Shown: positions 16,858 to 25,663 of the stretch, in pieces
Layout of the letters: each line of letters opens with the position of its first letter
How positions within the stretch are numbered: the stretch's first letter is position 1
Source of the DNA: Micromonosporaceae bacterium
GTDB taxonomy: Bacteria > Actinomycetota > Actinomycetes > Mycobacteriales > Micromonosporaceae
DNA: 48,929 nucleotides
Direction: 5' to 3'
Assembly: GCA_016880465.1 (NCBI GenBank)
Contig: JAEHDK010000738.1
Location: 1-48,929, forward strand
The notes under the pieces: generated by a model
Seen by the model: the letters and a program-made list of their open reading frames with translations, nothing else
Told to the model about the DNA's origin: nothing
Database searches by the model: none
Made by a program: the position numbers and the translations under genes

Positions 16858-17501
16858 TCTCCTGGATCGTTGCCTCCCACCACTACCCGACACTGCGGGA
16901 CAACCTGGGAGCCACGATCCGCGGCGTGGGCGACGACGAGGTCGTAGTGGTGGAGGACGTCCCGTCGATCGCGAAGGCGTACAACGAAGGCCAGGCCCGG
17001 GCCACCCAGCCGATCCGCGTCTACGTCCACCACGACGTACAGATCCGCGACGCGCGCCGCCTGCGCGCCGGACTCGTCGAGCACTGCACGCCGGCGATGG
17101 GTTGGGTCGGGGTCATCGGATCCACCGACCGGGCCCTGCCATGGTGGGACGCCGCGGCCAAGTGCGGGTCCGTCGTGGACGCGCGGCTGGGCCTACTCGA
17201 CTTCGGCCCGGGCGGGGCCTGCGCCTACCTCGACGGCCTACTGCTCGCCACTGTGCATGAATGGACGTGGGACGAGTCGTATCCCGGCTGGCACTGGTAC
17301 GACCACGACATCTGCGAGCAGGCGCGGAGCGACGGCTTGCCGAACTGGTGCCTGACCGACGGCCATCGGCTGGTGTTGCACAACACCACCGGCAGCGCGG
17401 TCACCGATCAACTTCCCAACTGGCACGAGGGCAAGACCCGATTCGTCGAGAAGTGGGGTGTGGACCTTGGCGCTCGGCGCGAGTTACGCGACGCTGGCTG
17501 A
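16854..17501 (+). CDS. Glycosyltransferase-like protein (Glyco_tranf_2_5-like)
   Basis: ISWIVASHH...VVVVEDVPSIAKAYNEG and LDGLLLATVHEW..GWHWYDHDICEQA resemble the 'glycosyltransferase like family' proteins. Confidence 0.65.
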   Translation: MISWIVASHHYPTLRDNLGATIRGVGDDEVVVVEDVPSIAKAYNEGQARATQPIRVYVHHDVQIRDARRLRAGLVEHCTPAMGWVGVIGSTDRALPWWDAAAKCGSVVDARLGLLDFGPGGACAYLDGLLLATVHEWTWDESYPGWHWYDHDICEQARSDGLPNWCLTDGHRLVLHNTTGSAVTDQLPNWHEGKTRFVEKWGVDLGARRELRDAG

Positions 17502-18084
17502 ACTCCGCTCCCGACTCCAGGTGTCCGACGCCGCGTTCACCGGCGAGGACACGAAACTGACCGCGGCGCTCGCAACGGCCTCGCGGGGGATCGAGAAACT
17601 GTGTGGCCGGCAGTTCAACGTCGCCGGCTCCGCCACCGCGCGCGTCTATGAGCCGTTCTCGTACACGCTGGTGAAGGTCGACGACATATCCACCACGTCC
17701 GGGCTCGTTGTGAAGACCGACACCGCCGGCGACGGCACCTACTCGACCACCATCACCTCCGCCCAGTACCAACTGCGGCCGTTGAACGGGGTTGTCGACG
17801 GGGAGACCGGCTGGCCCTACTACGAGATCGAGTCCATCAACCAGTATTGGCCGACGTACTGGCAGATCGCCCCCATACAGGTGACCGCCAACTGGGGCTG
17901 GTCCGCTGTTCCCGCCGCGATCAAAGAGGGCTGCCTGATCCTCGCCGAGGAGATCTACCGTGTTGCCGAACTCCCCTTCGGTGTCGGGGGCTACGGCCAG
18001 TTCGGGATCATCCGCGCGCGCGCGAACCCGATGGTGATGGCCCGGATCGGCCCGTACGTCCGCGATCCGGTGATGGTCGGATAG
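17458..18084 (+). CDS. Head-tail connector (gp6-like adaptor)
   Basis: YATLAELRSRLQV...TKLTAALATASRGIEKLCGRQF is typical of gp6-like head-tail connectors. Start is GTG 17458 or TTG 17467. Confidence 0.7.
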   Translation: MWTLALGASYATLAELRSRLQVSDAAFTGEDTKLTAALATASRGIEKLCGRQFNVAGSATARVYEPFSYTLVKVDDISTTSGLVVKTDTAGDGTYSTTITSAQYQLRPLNGVVDGETGWPYYEIESINQYWPTYWQIAPIQVTANWGWSAVPAAIKEGCLILAEEIYRVAELPFGVGGYGQFGIIRARANPMVMARIGPYVRDPVMVG

Positions 18085-18503
18085 TGGCCGACGTCAAGGC
18101 GGTTCGGGATCGGGTCGTCACCCGGATCCGTGCCGCGGTCACCGGGATCAACGTCATGGACTTCATGGTGGTCAACCCGGTCCTGCCCGCGGCCCTGGTC
18201 GCGCCGCCGCCCGGGACGTTCCTGACCGAGGTCACCGGCGACGGCTGCGAGGACCTGGACCTGGTGGTGACGGTGTTGGTGTCGAACACGATGTCGCAGA
18301 ACGCGCAGAACCGGTTGGACGAGTACCTGTCCGAAGGCGCGTCGCAGAACCTGGCCAACGCGATCGAGTCCGGGTCCACGGCCGACTGGGACTACGCCAT
18401 CGTCGGCGCGGCCCGCAACTACGGCTCGTTCGTGTTCGGCTCCGGCGACCAGGCCCAGACGTTCCTCGGCTTCGAACTGCCCGTCACGGTAGGACTGTCG
18501 TGA
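18084..18503 (+). CDS. Head-tail joining protein (tail-terminator/DUF3168-like)
   Basis: GTG 18084 overlaps the previous TAG. 139 aa. The call rests on position and size only. Confidence 0.5.
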   Translation: MADVKAVRDRVVTRIRAAVTGINVMDFMVVNPVLPAALVAPPPGTFLTEVTGDGCEDLDLVVTVLVSNTMSQNAQNRLDEYLSEGASQNLANAIESGSTADWDYAIVGAARNYGSFVFGSGDQAQTFLGFELPVTVGLS

Positions 18504-18522
18504 CCGAGGCGGTGATGAAGTA

Positions 18523-18561
18523 GTGCGGATCCTGCTGGTGGCCCCGGGTCCGCACTTCTAG
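18523..18561 (+). other. Out-of-frame N-terminal segment (VRILLVAPGPHF-stop) of the downstream CgeB-like glycosyltransferase
   Basis: A Rossmann-type first strand is encoded in the frame one nucleotide behind the downstream ORF (a +1 shift joins them) and ends at TAG 18559-18561. The downstream frame is open from 18524 but has no start codon before 18668. Confidence 0.6.
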
Positions 18562-18667
18562 CGTCAGCGTCTTCGACATCTTCGAGGGCTGGCGGGAAGC
18601 GCTCACCGAACTCGGTCAGACGGTAGCCACCTACCAGACGGGGGACCGGCTCACCTTCTACGAGTCG

Positions 18668-19570
18668 GTGCTCCTTCCGTCCGGCCGGCCAGGACCAGAA
18701 GGCCAGAGCGAGTTCCACAAGGCGCTGACAACAGACCAGGCCGCGCAGTTGGCCCTCAACGGCCTGCTCTCCGCCTGCTACCAGTTCTGGCCCGACGTCG
18801 TCGTCTTCGTCACCGGCTTCCTGGTGCAGCCGGAGATGGTGGAACTCATCTACAGCCGCGGCCACAAGGTGGTCATCGTCTGCACCGAAAGCCCGTACGA
18901 GACGGCCCGCGAGTTGAAACTGGCCGAGCACGCCGACCTCGTGCTGCTGAACGACCCGACCCACATCGACCGCTTCCGTGAGGTCGCGCCCACCATCTAC
19001 GCCCACCAGGCGTACCGACCGTCGGTGCACAAGCCCGGGCCCGCGCGTAAGAACATGGCTAGCGACCTCGCGTTCGTCGGCACCGGGTATCCCAGCCGGA
19101 TCGCGTTCCTCGAGGCGATGGACCTCACCGGGCTGGGCGTACTGCTCGCCGGCAACTGGCAGACGCTCACCGAAGAGTCGCCACTGCATCGGTTCTTCGC
19201 CAACAAGCCCGACGAGTGCCTGTCCAACGAGAGCGCGGTGCACGTCTACCGCTCGGCCCGGATGGGCATGAACCTGTACCGCCGGGAAGCCGAACGTCCC
19301 GAACTGTCGCAGGGCTGGTCGTGCGGCCCCCGGGAGATTGAGATGGCCGCGGTCGGGTTGCCGTTCCTGCGAGAACCTCGCGGCGAGTCCGACGAACTGT
19401 TTCCCATGCTGCCGTCCTTCACGTCGTCGGGTGAGGCGTCGGAGCTGCTCCGCTGGTGGCTCGCCCACCCGGTGGAGCGCGAGGAGGCGGCACTCAAGGC
19501 TCGGTCGGCAGTCGCCGACCGGACGTTCAACCAGCTCGCCGTGGAGTTGCTACGGCATCTCGAGTCCTGA
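18668..19570 (+). CDS. CgeB-like (GT-B/GT1-fold) glycosyltransferase, possibly frameshifted at its 5' end
   Basis: FVGTGYPSRIAFLEAM...LAGNW...VYRSARMGMNLYR...GPREIEMAAVGLPFL resembles CgeB/Glyco_trans_1_2 proteins. Conserved-looking residues (SVSVFDIFEGWREALTELG..) lie upstream of the first start codon. Confidence 0.7.
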   Translation: MLLPSGRPGPEGQSEFHKALTTDQAAQLALNGLLSACYQFWPDVVVFVTGFLVQPEMVELIYSRGHKVVIVCTESPYETARELKLAEHADLVLLNDPTHIDRFREVAPTIYAHQAYRPSVHKPGPARKNMASDLAFVGTGYPSRIAFLEAMDLTGLGVLLAGNWQTLTEESPLHRFFANKPDECLSNESAVHVYRSARMGMNLYRREAERPELSQGWSCGPREIEMAAVGLPFLREPRGESDELFPMLPSFTSSGEASELLRWWLAHPVEREEAALKARSAVADRTFNQLAVELLRHLES

Positions 19571-19594
19571 TACTCTTAGGAAGGAAACGGACAA

Positions 19595-19993
19595 GTGTCG
19601 AGAATTCACGGCAAAAGGGGACGTTTCTATATCGGCATAGCTTCGGGCGGAACTCCCGAGCCGCTGCCGTTCATCGCCCGCTGGGCCATCCGGTTTCCCA
19701 CCGACAAGGCCGACGTCACGGCGATGGGCGACACCCACAAGACGTACGTCTCCGGGATGCCCGACTGCACCGGCATGGTGTCCGGGTTCCTGGATGACGC
19801 GACCGCGCAGACCTACACCGCGGCCACCGACTCGATCGCCCGCAGCTTCTACTTATACCCCGATTTGTCCAGTAACACGAAGTACTGGTACGGGACGTGT
19901 GTCATCGACTTCACCGCCGAGGGTGGCGTTGACGGTGGTGTGACGCTGAACGCGGACTGGGCTGCGGCGTCGACGGTGACCCGAGTTCCGTAG
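19595..19993 (+). CDS. Major tail (tube) protein
   Basis: 132 aa. RBS AGGAAGGAAA precedes GTG 19595. RFYIG..PLPFIARWAI....DVTAMGD..K.YVSG..D is like small siphovirus tube proteins. Lies upstream of the chaperone and tape measure genes. Confidence 0.7.
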   Translation: MSRIHGKRGRFYIGIASGGTPEPLPFIARWAIRFPTDKADVTAMGDTHKTYVSGMPDCTGMVSGFLDDATAQTYTAATDSIARSFYLYPDLSSNTKYWYGTCVIDFTAEGGVDGGVTLNADWAAASTVTRVP

Positions 19994-20457
19994 TGGCCGT
20001 CGACCTGACGGTCCGCGGCCAGGCCAAGTTGGACGAGGTCGCCGCCCGGCTGGCGAAGGAGGCCCGGCGGTTTCAGCGCCGGGTGTCCCAGGCGACCAAG
20101 GATGCGGTCGAGTCGTCCTACCGGCCGGTGCTGGTTGGCATGACCCCGACCTTCGTGCCCAACGGGTACGCCGCTGTGTTGGCTCCGAGCCTTCGGGTGG
20201 CTACGACTGTGTCGTTCGCGTCGGGTCGGGTCACAGCCCGGGTGTCGGCGCCGACGGGCGGCAAATTCGGCCGCGACGTCCGCCAGTTGGAGGCCGGCAG
20301 CCTGCGGCATCCGCTGTTCGGCAACCGGGGCTGGTGGTACCGGCAGCGGGTGCGGCGCGGGTTCGCGTCGGTGCCGTTGCGCGCGATCCGCCCGCACATC
20401 GTGGCCCGCATCGACCACGAGTTGGCGCAGATCGCCCGGGACGTGGAGAGGGGATAG
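19993..20457 (+). CDS. HK97 gp10-family-like head-tail/tail-completion protein
   Basis: MAVDLTVRGQAKLDEVAARLAKEARRF...the N-terminal pattern resembles the HK97 gp10 family. Unusual position after the tube gene. Confidence 0.5.
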   Translation: MAVDLTVRGQAKLDEVAARLAKEARRFQRRVSQATKDAVESSYRPVLVGMTPTFVPNGYAAVLAPSLRVATTVSFASGRVTARVSAPTGGKFGRDVRQLEAGSLRHPLFGNRGWWYRQRVRRGFASVPLRAIRPHIVARIDHELAQIARDVERG

Positions 20458-20889
20458 ATGAAGGTACGGCCGTGCGAGGCCGACCGGCAGCGGTTCGGTC
20501 TGCCGGAGTGGTGCGAACTGGACTTCCGCAACGTGACGGTCGGTGAAATGACGGAGCTGGCGAATCGGTTCGGGTTCGACCAGAACGACTGGCCGGAAGT
20601 CCTGCAGGGCCAGTTGACGTTGGAGCAGGCCGGCAATCCGGATGCGGTGCCGAAACCGCCGACGTGGCGGAACCTGCTCGTGGCGTGGCTGCTGTTGCAC
20701 CAGAACGGTGTGGATGCGTCGTGGGAGGACGCCGGCGACGTTCACATGTTCCTGCTCGAGTACGACCTTCCCGCCCCGGAGCCGGCCGTGGGAAAAGGAC
20801 AGCCCCGGGACCGTCTCTCGCCGCAGAACGGCACTGGTTCTACGACCCGGCGTTCAAGGAGCTCTACGGCTACGAGCCGCAAGAAATAG
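20458..20889 (+). CDS. Tail assembly chaperone (G-like, frame 0 product)
   Basis: Lies immediately upstream of the tape measure and contains a slippery heptamer. The frame-0 tail after the slip site looks non-native (Arg/Ser/Thr-rich). Confidence 0.75.
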   Translation: MKVRPCEADRQRFGLPEWCELDFRNVTVGEMTELANRFGFDQNDWPEVLQGQLTLEQAGNPDAVPKPPTWRNLLVAWLLLHQNGVDASWEDAGDVHMFLLEYDLPAPEPAVGKGQPRDRLSPQNGTGSTTRRSRSSTATSRKK

Positions 20890-20996
20890 ACGCCATGCCC
20901 TGGCGACGTTGGGCGGCCCTGCGTCACTACGCCGACTGGCGGCTAGGAGTCAAGTCGGACGGCCTTGATCCCGGCGAGGAAGACATCGAGATGTGA
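20458..20996 (+). CDS. Tail assembly chaperone G-T fusion via -1 frameshift at 20790-20796
   Basis: The -1 frame continues ..VGK|KRTAPGPSLAAERHWFYDPAFKELYGYEPQEIDAMPWRRWAAL.. to TGA 20996. Confidence 0.7.
20790..20796 (+). promoter_or_regulatory. -1 programmed ribosomal frameshift slippery heptamer G_GGA_AAA
   Basis: An X_XXY_YYZ heptamer in the correct phase (frame-0 codons GGA 20791, AAA 20794). The downstream ORF is in the -1 frame. Confidence 0.75.
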
Positions 20997-21008
20997 GCGG
21001 GGGCGGGT

Positions 21009-22844
21009 GTGGCTGAAGAGATCCGCCTAGACGTCGTTACCACCGCTCACTCGCGCGGGCTGTCGGATGCCGCGCGCGAGTTGAAGGGACTACGCACCGA
21101 GGCGGATAAGACCGGCACGTCGTTTCACCGCACCTCGGACGAATCGTTCAACCTTGACCGGGCTATCCACGACGCCCGCACCGAGGTGCACCGGCTCAAC
21201 GAAGAGTTCAAGCGCTCCGGTGACCATTCGCTGTTCCGGGACATGCGCCGAGCCCGGTCGGAACTCAACGACCTGCTGCGGGTTGCGGGCCGCGGTGGCG
21301 GGGCTGGCGGCGGGGTCGTCTCGGGCATGTTCGACCTGGGCGGTGCGGGCATCCGGCCCGTTCACGCTCTGATCGGGGCCCTGGTTGCCGCTGTCGCGGC
21401 CGCGGCACCTGCGTTGGGTGCGATGATCGCCGGCGCGGTGACCGGTGCTGTTGGTCTCGGCGGGATCGTCGGGGGGATTTTCGCGGCGGCGCGAAGTCCG
21501 GCGGTACGGCAAGCCGCGTCACAGTTCGCGTCGAACATCTCCAATGCCTTCTTTCAGATGGGTGACGAGTTCGTCGAGCCTCTGGTCGGCGCGCTGCAGA
21601 CGCTGCAGGAGGGGTTCTCGAGCCTGCACCTGGAGGACGCTTTCGAGAAGGTGGCCCCGTACGTTGACGACCTGGCGATGGGTCTGGCCGGGTTCGGCAA
21701 GAACTTCATGGTGGGCTTCAGCAAGGCCCTCGACGCGGCCGGCCCGGCGCTGGAGTTGCTGGGCCGCGAGTTGCCCACCGTCGGTGACGCGCTCGGGTAC
21801 ATGTTCTCGAAGATGGCCGAGTCGAAGGGGACACTGCAGGGCCTGCTGTTCTTCCTCGGCGTGCTTGAGGCGACGTTCAAGGGCGTCGGCAACGTCGTCG
21901 GTTGGTTGTCGGACCAGTTCTACAACTTCAACGCGTTCATGCGCGACACCACAGCATTCCTGGCGGGCATGTTCAAGGCGGTCGCGCCGGGGGCGACGTT
22001 CCTGCAGGACGCGTTCCTGCGGGTCAGTAACACCATCTCCAACTTCATCGGTGCGGCCGAGGTGGACCGGCAGGTGCTGGTCGGTTTGGGCCGGGAGCAC
22101 ATGAACCTGGCGGGGGCGGCACAGGCCACCGCCGATGCGGTCAACAAACTGAACGACGCGCTCCTGGAAGAGCAGAACAAGATGCTCGCCGCGTCGAACG
22201 CGACCCTGGCATATGAGGCCGACCTGATCCGGCTCAACGAGCAGGTCAAGGAACACGGGACGAGCCTGAAGCGGAACACGGAAGAGGGCAACGCCAACCG
22301 GCAGATGATCAACCAGACGATCGGTGACCTGCAGCGGGAGTTGCAGGCCAGCATCGACGCGGCCAACGGCGACTCGAAGAAGATCGACGCGGCGAAGAAG
22401 AAGTACAACGACCAGATCGCGAACCTGCAGCGGTTGTTGGAGAAGCTCGGGTTCGAGAAGGCCGAGATCGCCCGGATCATCGAGGCGTACAAGAACATTC
22501 CCCGCCAGGTAACCACGAAGATCATTCAGGACTACCAGACCCGCGGCGTCCCCGCCGGCGAGCACTCCGGGGTACGGATCGGGGAGACCCGCGGCCGCGC
22601 CGCAGGTGGCCCGGTCTGGCCGGGCGACTGGCGTGTCGGCGAGGGTGGCCCGGAGCGGCTGCGGATCAACGCCGACGGTACGGGCTATGTGTACCCGGAG
22701 GCGGGTAGCGGCGGCCGGGGTGGCGGGGCGCGGCCGGTGAACATCACTGTGGTCGGGTCGGAGGATGACCAGCGGTTGCTCGACCGGGTTGTCCGTGAGG
22801 TCCGCCGCCGGGGCGGCACACTGGCCGTGATCGGGATCAAGTAG
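21009..22844 (+). CDS. Tape measure protein
   Basis: 611 aa with a Gly/Ala-rich membrane-like segment and long coiled coils. Position is after the G/GT chaperones. Confidence 0.85.
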   Translation: MAEEIRLDVVTTAHSRGLSDAARELKGLRTEADKTGTSFHRTSDESFNLDRAIHDARTEVHRLNEEFKRSGDHSLFRDMRRARSELNDLLRVAGRGGGAGGGVVSGMFDLGGAGIRPVHALIGALVAAVAAAAPALGAMIAGAVTGAVGLGGIVGGIFAAARSPAVRQAASQFASNISNAFFQMGDEFVEPLVGALQTLQEGFSSLHLEDAFEKVAPYVDDLAMGLAGFGKNFMVGFSKALDAAGPALELLGRELPTVGDALGYMFSKMAESKGTLQGLLFFLGVLEATFKGVGNVVGWLSDQFYNFNAFMRDTTAFLAGMFKAVAPGATFLQDAFLRVSNTISNFIGAAEVDRQVLVGLGREHMNLAGAAQATADAVNKLNDALLEEQNKMLAASNATLAYEADLIRLNEQVKEHGTSLKRNTEEGNANRQMINQTIGDLQRELQASIDAANGDSKKIDAAKKKYNDQIANLQRLLEKLGFEKAEIARIIEAYKNIPRQVTTKIIQDYQTRGVPAGEHSGVRIGETRGRAAGGPVWPGDWRVGEGGPERLRINADGTGYVYPEAGSGGRGGGARPVNITVVGSEDDQRLLDRVVREVRRRGGTLAVIGIK

Positions 22845-25663
22845 TGGCGTTCCCCAACACGAAGCTGGGCCTGGTCGTCGAGTTGGCACTCGCCGCCGAC
22901 CTGACCGCTGACCCTTCGACGTGGGCGTGGACCGATGTCACGTCCACCTACGTGCGGGTGGCCCGCGGGGTGAGCATCACCCGGGGTGCCCGGGACGGCG
23001 GGTTGCAGTCACCCCCGTCGACAATGACGTTCTGGGCCGACAACCGGGACGGCCGGTGGGTGCCCACCAACCCGACGGGCGCCTGGTATGGGCAGATCGG
23101 CAAGGGCACCCCGATCCGGGTGCGCACCACCGAGGGCTCGTCGAGTGTGCGGTGGACCGGCTTCCTGACGTCGCTGCCGCCACGGTGGAACACGAAGGAG
23201 ACCGACCGGTATGTCGAGGTGACCGCGTCTGGGATCCTGCAACGCCTGGAGCGCGGCTCGGTGCCATCCCGGTTCACCTACTACCGGTCTGAACTTGGTG
23301 CGGACCCAATAGACTATTGGCCCTGCGAAGACGCTTCAGCCGCAACGTCGTTCGCGTCGGCTGTCACGGGCGGCCGCCCGCTCGGATTCAATTCTGCGGT
23401 AACGCCGGCTTCGGAATCACCGGCAGCCGGAACGGACGCACTTCCTTCACTTGCGACTGGTGCTCTCATGAACGCCACGTGTCGCGCCGAGTCGACTGAT
23501 ACGTGGCAGGTCCGCGCTGTCTGGCAGGTGCCGACCTCGCCCACCGTGGAGACGATGCTCTTCAAGGTGATCACTGGTGGCACCGCCAAGGTGTGGCAAC
23601 TGAATCTTGTGCCGGGAAGCCCCGACTCGATCCGCTTGCAGGTACTCGCCCCCGACGGGACATCCCTGCTCAATACGACCTCGGCGTTGTCGGCTGACGC
23701 GGACTTCTATGGCGGTCCGTGCATCGTGTCCGTATCCGCCGCGACCGATGGCGCGGATCTTGACGCCATGTCCCTGGTGGTGAATGCCTCCGGCGCGTCG
23801 GTGGCGAGCATTCTCACTACCATTACGGGCCAGACAGTGACACGACCTGTCGGCATCCAGATCCTGGCCGATGTGAGCCTGAACGGTTCGCTTTTTGGTC
23901 ACCTCGCGACCTTCAGGGAAACCTCTCAGACCATTGGGTTGGACTTCGGCAACCTGACCGGATTCGACGGGGAGACCGTCGGTGCCCGCGTGACGCGACT
24001 GGCCAACGAAGTGACGATCATCGAAGGCGCCACCGAATTGACCGGGTCCGATGACGTCAACACGATGGGCCCACAGTCTCAGCAGGCCCTGCTCGGGTTG
24101 TTGCGCGAGTGCGAGGCTGTCAACGGCGGCCGGCTGATCGAGTTGCGGGACGCGGCCACAGATGACTTCTTCCTTGAACTCATCTGTGCTGACGACATCA
24201 GCAACCAGGCCGCCGCGCTTACCCTGAACCACGACTCGGGTCATCTGGCGCCGCCGTTCGAACCGACCGACGACGACCAACATCTCATCAACGATGTGAC
24301 CGCCACCCGCTCCGGAGGCTCGGGTATCGGCTCGTCGGCGCGCGTCGTGGCCACGGCCGGTGAGCACTCAGCCAGCCTCACCCCCGCCAAGGTCGGAACC
24401 TACGCCGACTCGGTGTCGGTCAACGTGGAGCTCGACGAACTGCTGATCCACCAGGCCGGGTGGAGAGTCAACGTCGGCACCGTCGAAGGGCTGCGGTTCC
24501 CCGTCGTCACCCTGAACTTCGCCCACAACCCGAGCCTCATCGCCGACTGGATCGGCTGCGACATCGGGTCCCGGATCACCATCACCAACCCGCCGGCTGG
24601 CATCGCCCCCGACAGCATCGACCTGCTGGTCGAAGGCTGGACCGAGATCTTCGGCCCGTACACGTGGGAAGTACAGCTCAACTGCTTGCCGTACAAGCCG
24701 TGGCACGTCTTCCGGCTGGCCGAGACGTCGGCGGACACGAACGTGTTCCTCGGCCGGCTGGCTGGGGATGAGAAGTGCGCCCTGCGGACGGCGGTGGACG
24801 ACAACGACACCTCGTTCGTCGTCGACCCCAACTTCTTCCGGTGGACCACCACGGCGGACGACTTCCCAGTCAACATCCGACTTGGTGGCGAGGTGTGCAC
24901 CGTCTCCGCCATCTCCACCACCGCCGCCACCTACGTCGGCCGTGGCGCACTGTCGAGTGCGGACAACGCGGCGGTCACCCCGGCCACCACCGGCTTCGGC
25001 GCGGCCGACGGGGACCTGCTGCTGTGTCTGGCCCGGATGCGTGGCACGGCCGGGTCGTTGAGTACCGCCAGCACGGGCTGGGAGCTCATGGCCCAGGTGG
25101 GAAATCTCTACCTGTACGGGGCGATCCGCAGCGGTTCAACGGCGATCACGGTCACCCCATCCGGTGGGGCGGCTGGTGATGTGGTGTCGGCCACCGTATT
25201 CGCATTCACCGGCATGCCGACCACACTCGACGCGCTGGCCGACATGATCGTGCAGATCGTCAAGCAGTCCAACGCGAGCGCGCAGGACATCGCGTTCCCC
25301 GGCATGTACCCGACGATGCCGGGCCAGATCGTCCTGTTGCTCGCCGGCAAGTCCGACGACTGGACGAGCGTCGCCGTGCCCGCGGGTTACACCGAGTCGG
25401 GTGAACCCAGCACCGGTACCGGCAGCGACCAGGGGCTCTACATCGCCTACCAGATCCAGACCACGCCCGTTGTCGTCAATGGCGGGTCTCTTGTGGTCAC
25501 TGGTGGCGCGGCGGCGGTCAGCGAGTCCATGGCCCTGGTTCTCGGCGCCGGTTTCCAGACGTTCACCATCTCGGCGCGGAACGTCAATGGCATCACCGGT
25601 GGCAAGTCGCAGACGGCGGGAACGTTGATCGAAGTGGACGACCCAGCGAGATTGGCCTTGTAG
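22844..25663 (+). CDS. Minor tail protein (distal tail / tail-tip, Dit-like N-terminus)
   Basis: 939 aa. Start overlaps the tape measure stop. N-terminal KLGLVVELA...TWAWTDVTSYVR...SITRGARDG is typical of Sipho_tail/Dit proteins. Confidence 0.7.
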   Translation: MAFPNTKLGLVVELALAADLTADPSTWAWTDVTSTYVRVARGVSITRGARDGGLQSPPSTMTFWADNRDGRWVPTNPTGAWYGQIGKGTPIRVRTTEGSSSVRWTGFLTSLPPRWNTKETDRYVEVTASGILQRLERGSVPSRFTYYRSELGADPIDYWPCEDASAATSFASAVTGGRPLGFNSAVTPASESPAAGTDALPSLATGALMNATCRAESTDTWQVRAVWQVPTSPTVETMLFKVITGGTAKVWQLNLVPGSPDSIRLQVLAPDGTSLLNTTSALSADADFYGGPCIVSVSAATDGADLDAMSLVVNASGASVASILTTITGQTVTRPVGIQILADVSLNGSLFGHLATFRETSQTIGLDFGNLTGFDGETVGARVTRLANEVTIIEGATELTGSDDVNTMGPQSQQALLGLLRECEAVNGGRLIELRDAATDDFFLELICADDISNQAAALTLNHDSGHLAPPFEPTDDDQHLINDVTATRSGGSGIGSSARVVATAGEHSASLTPAKVGTYADSVSVNVELDELLIHQAGWRVNVGTVEGLRFPVVTLNFAHNPSLIADWIGCDIGSRITITNPPAGIAPDSIDLLVEGWTEIFGPYTWEVQLNCLPYKPWHVFRLAETSADTNVFLGRLAGDEKCALRTAVDDNDTSFVVDPNFFRWTTTADDFPVNIRLGGEVCTVSAISTTAATYVGRGALSSADNAAVTPATTGFGAADGDLLLCLARMRGTAGSLSTASTGWELMAQVGNLYLYGAIRSGSTAITVTPSGGAAGDVVSATVFAFTGMPTTLDALADMIVQIVKQSNASAQDIAFPGMYPTMPGQIVLLLAGKSDDWTSVAVPAGYTESGEPSTGTGSDQGLYIAYQIQTTPVVVNGGSLVVTGGAAAVSESMALVLGAGFQTFTISARNVNGITGGKSQTAGTLIEVDDPARLAL

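Noticed and set aside
18556-18562. prfB-style programmed +1 frameshift at UUC-UAG-C in the CgeB-like glycosyltransferase.
   Set aside because: The P-site tRNA-Phe would re-pair poorly on UCU, and no upstream Shine-Dalgarno-like stimulator was noticed. An indel (pseudogene or sequencing error) is the simpler explanation.
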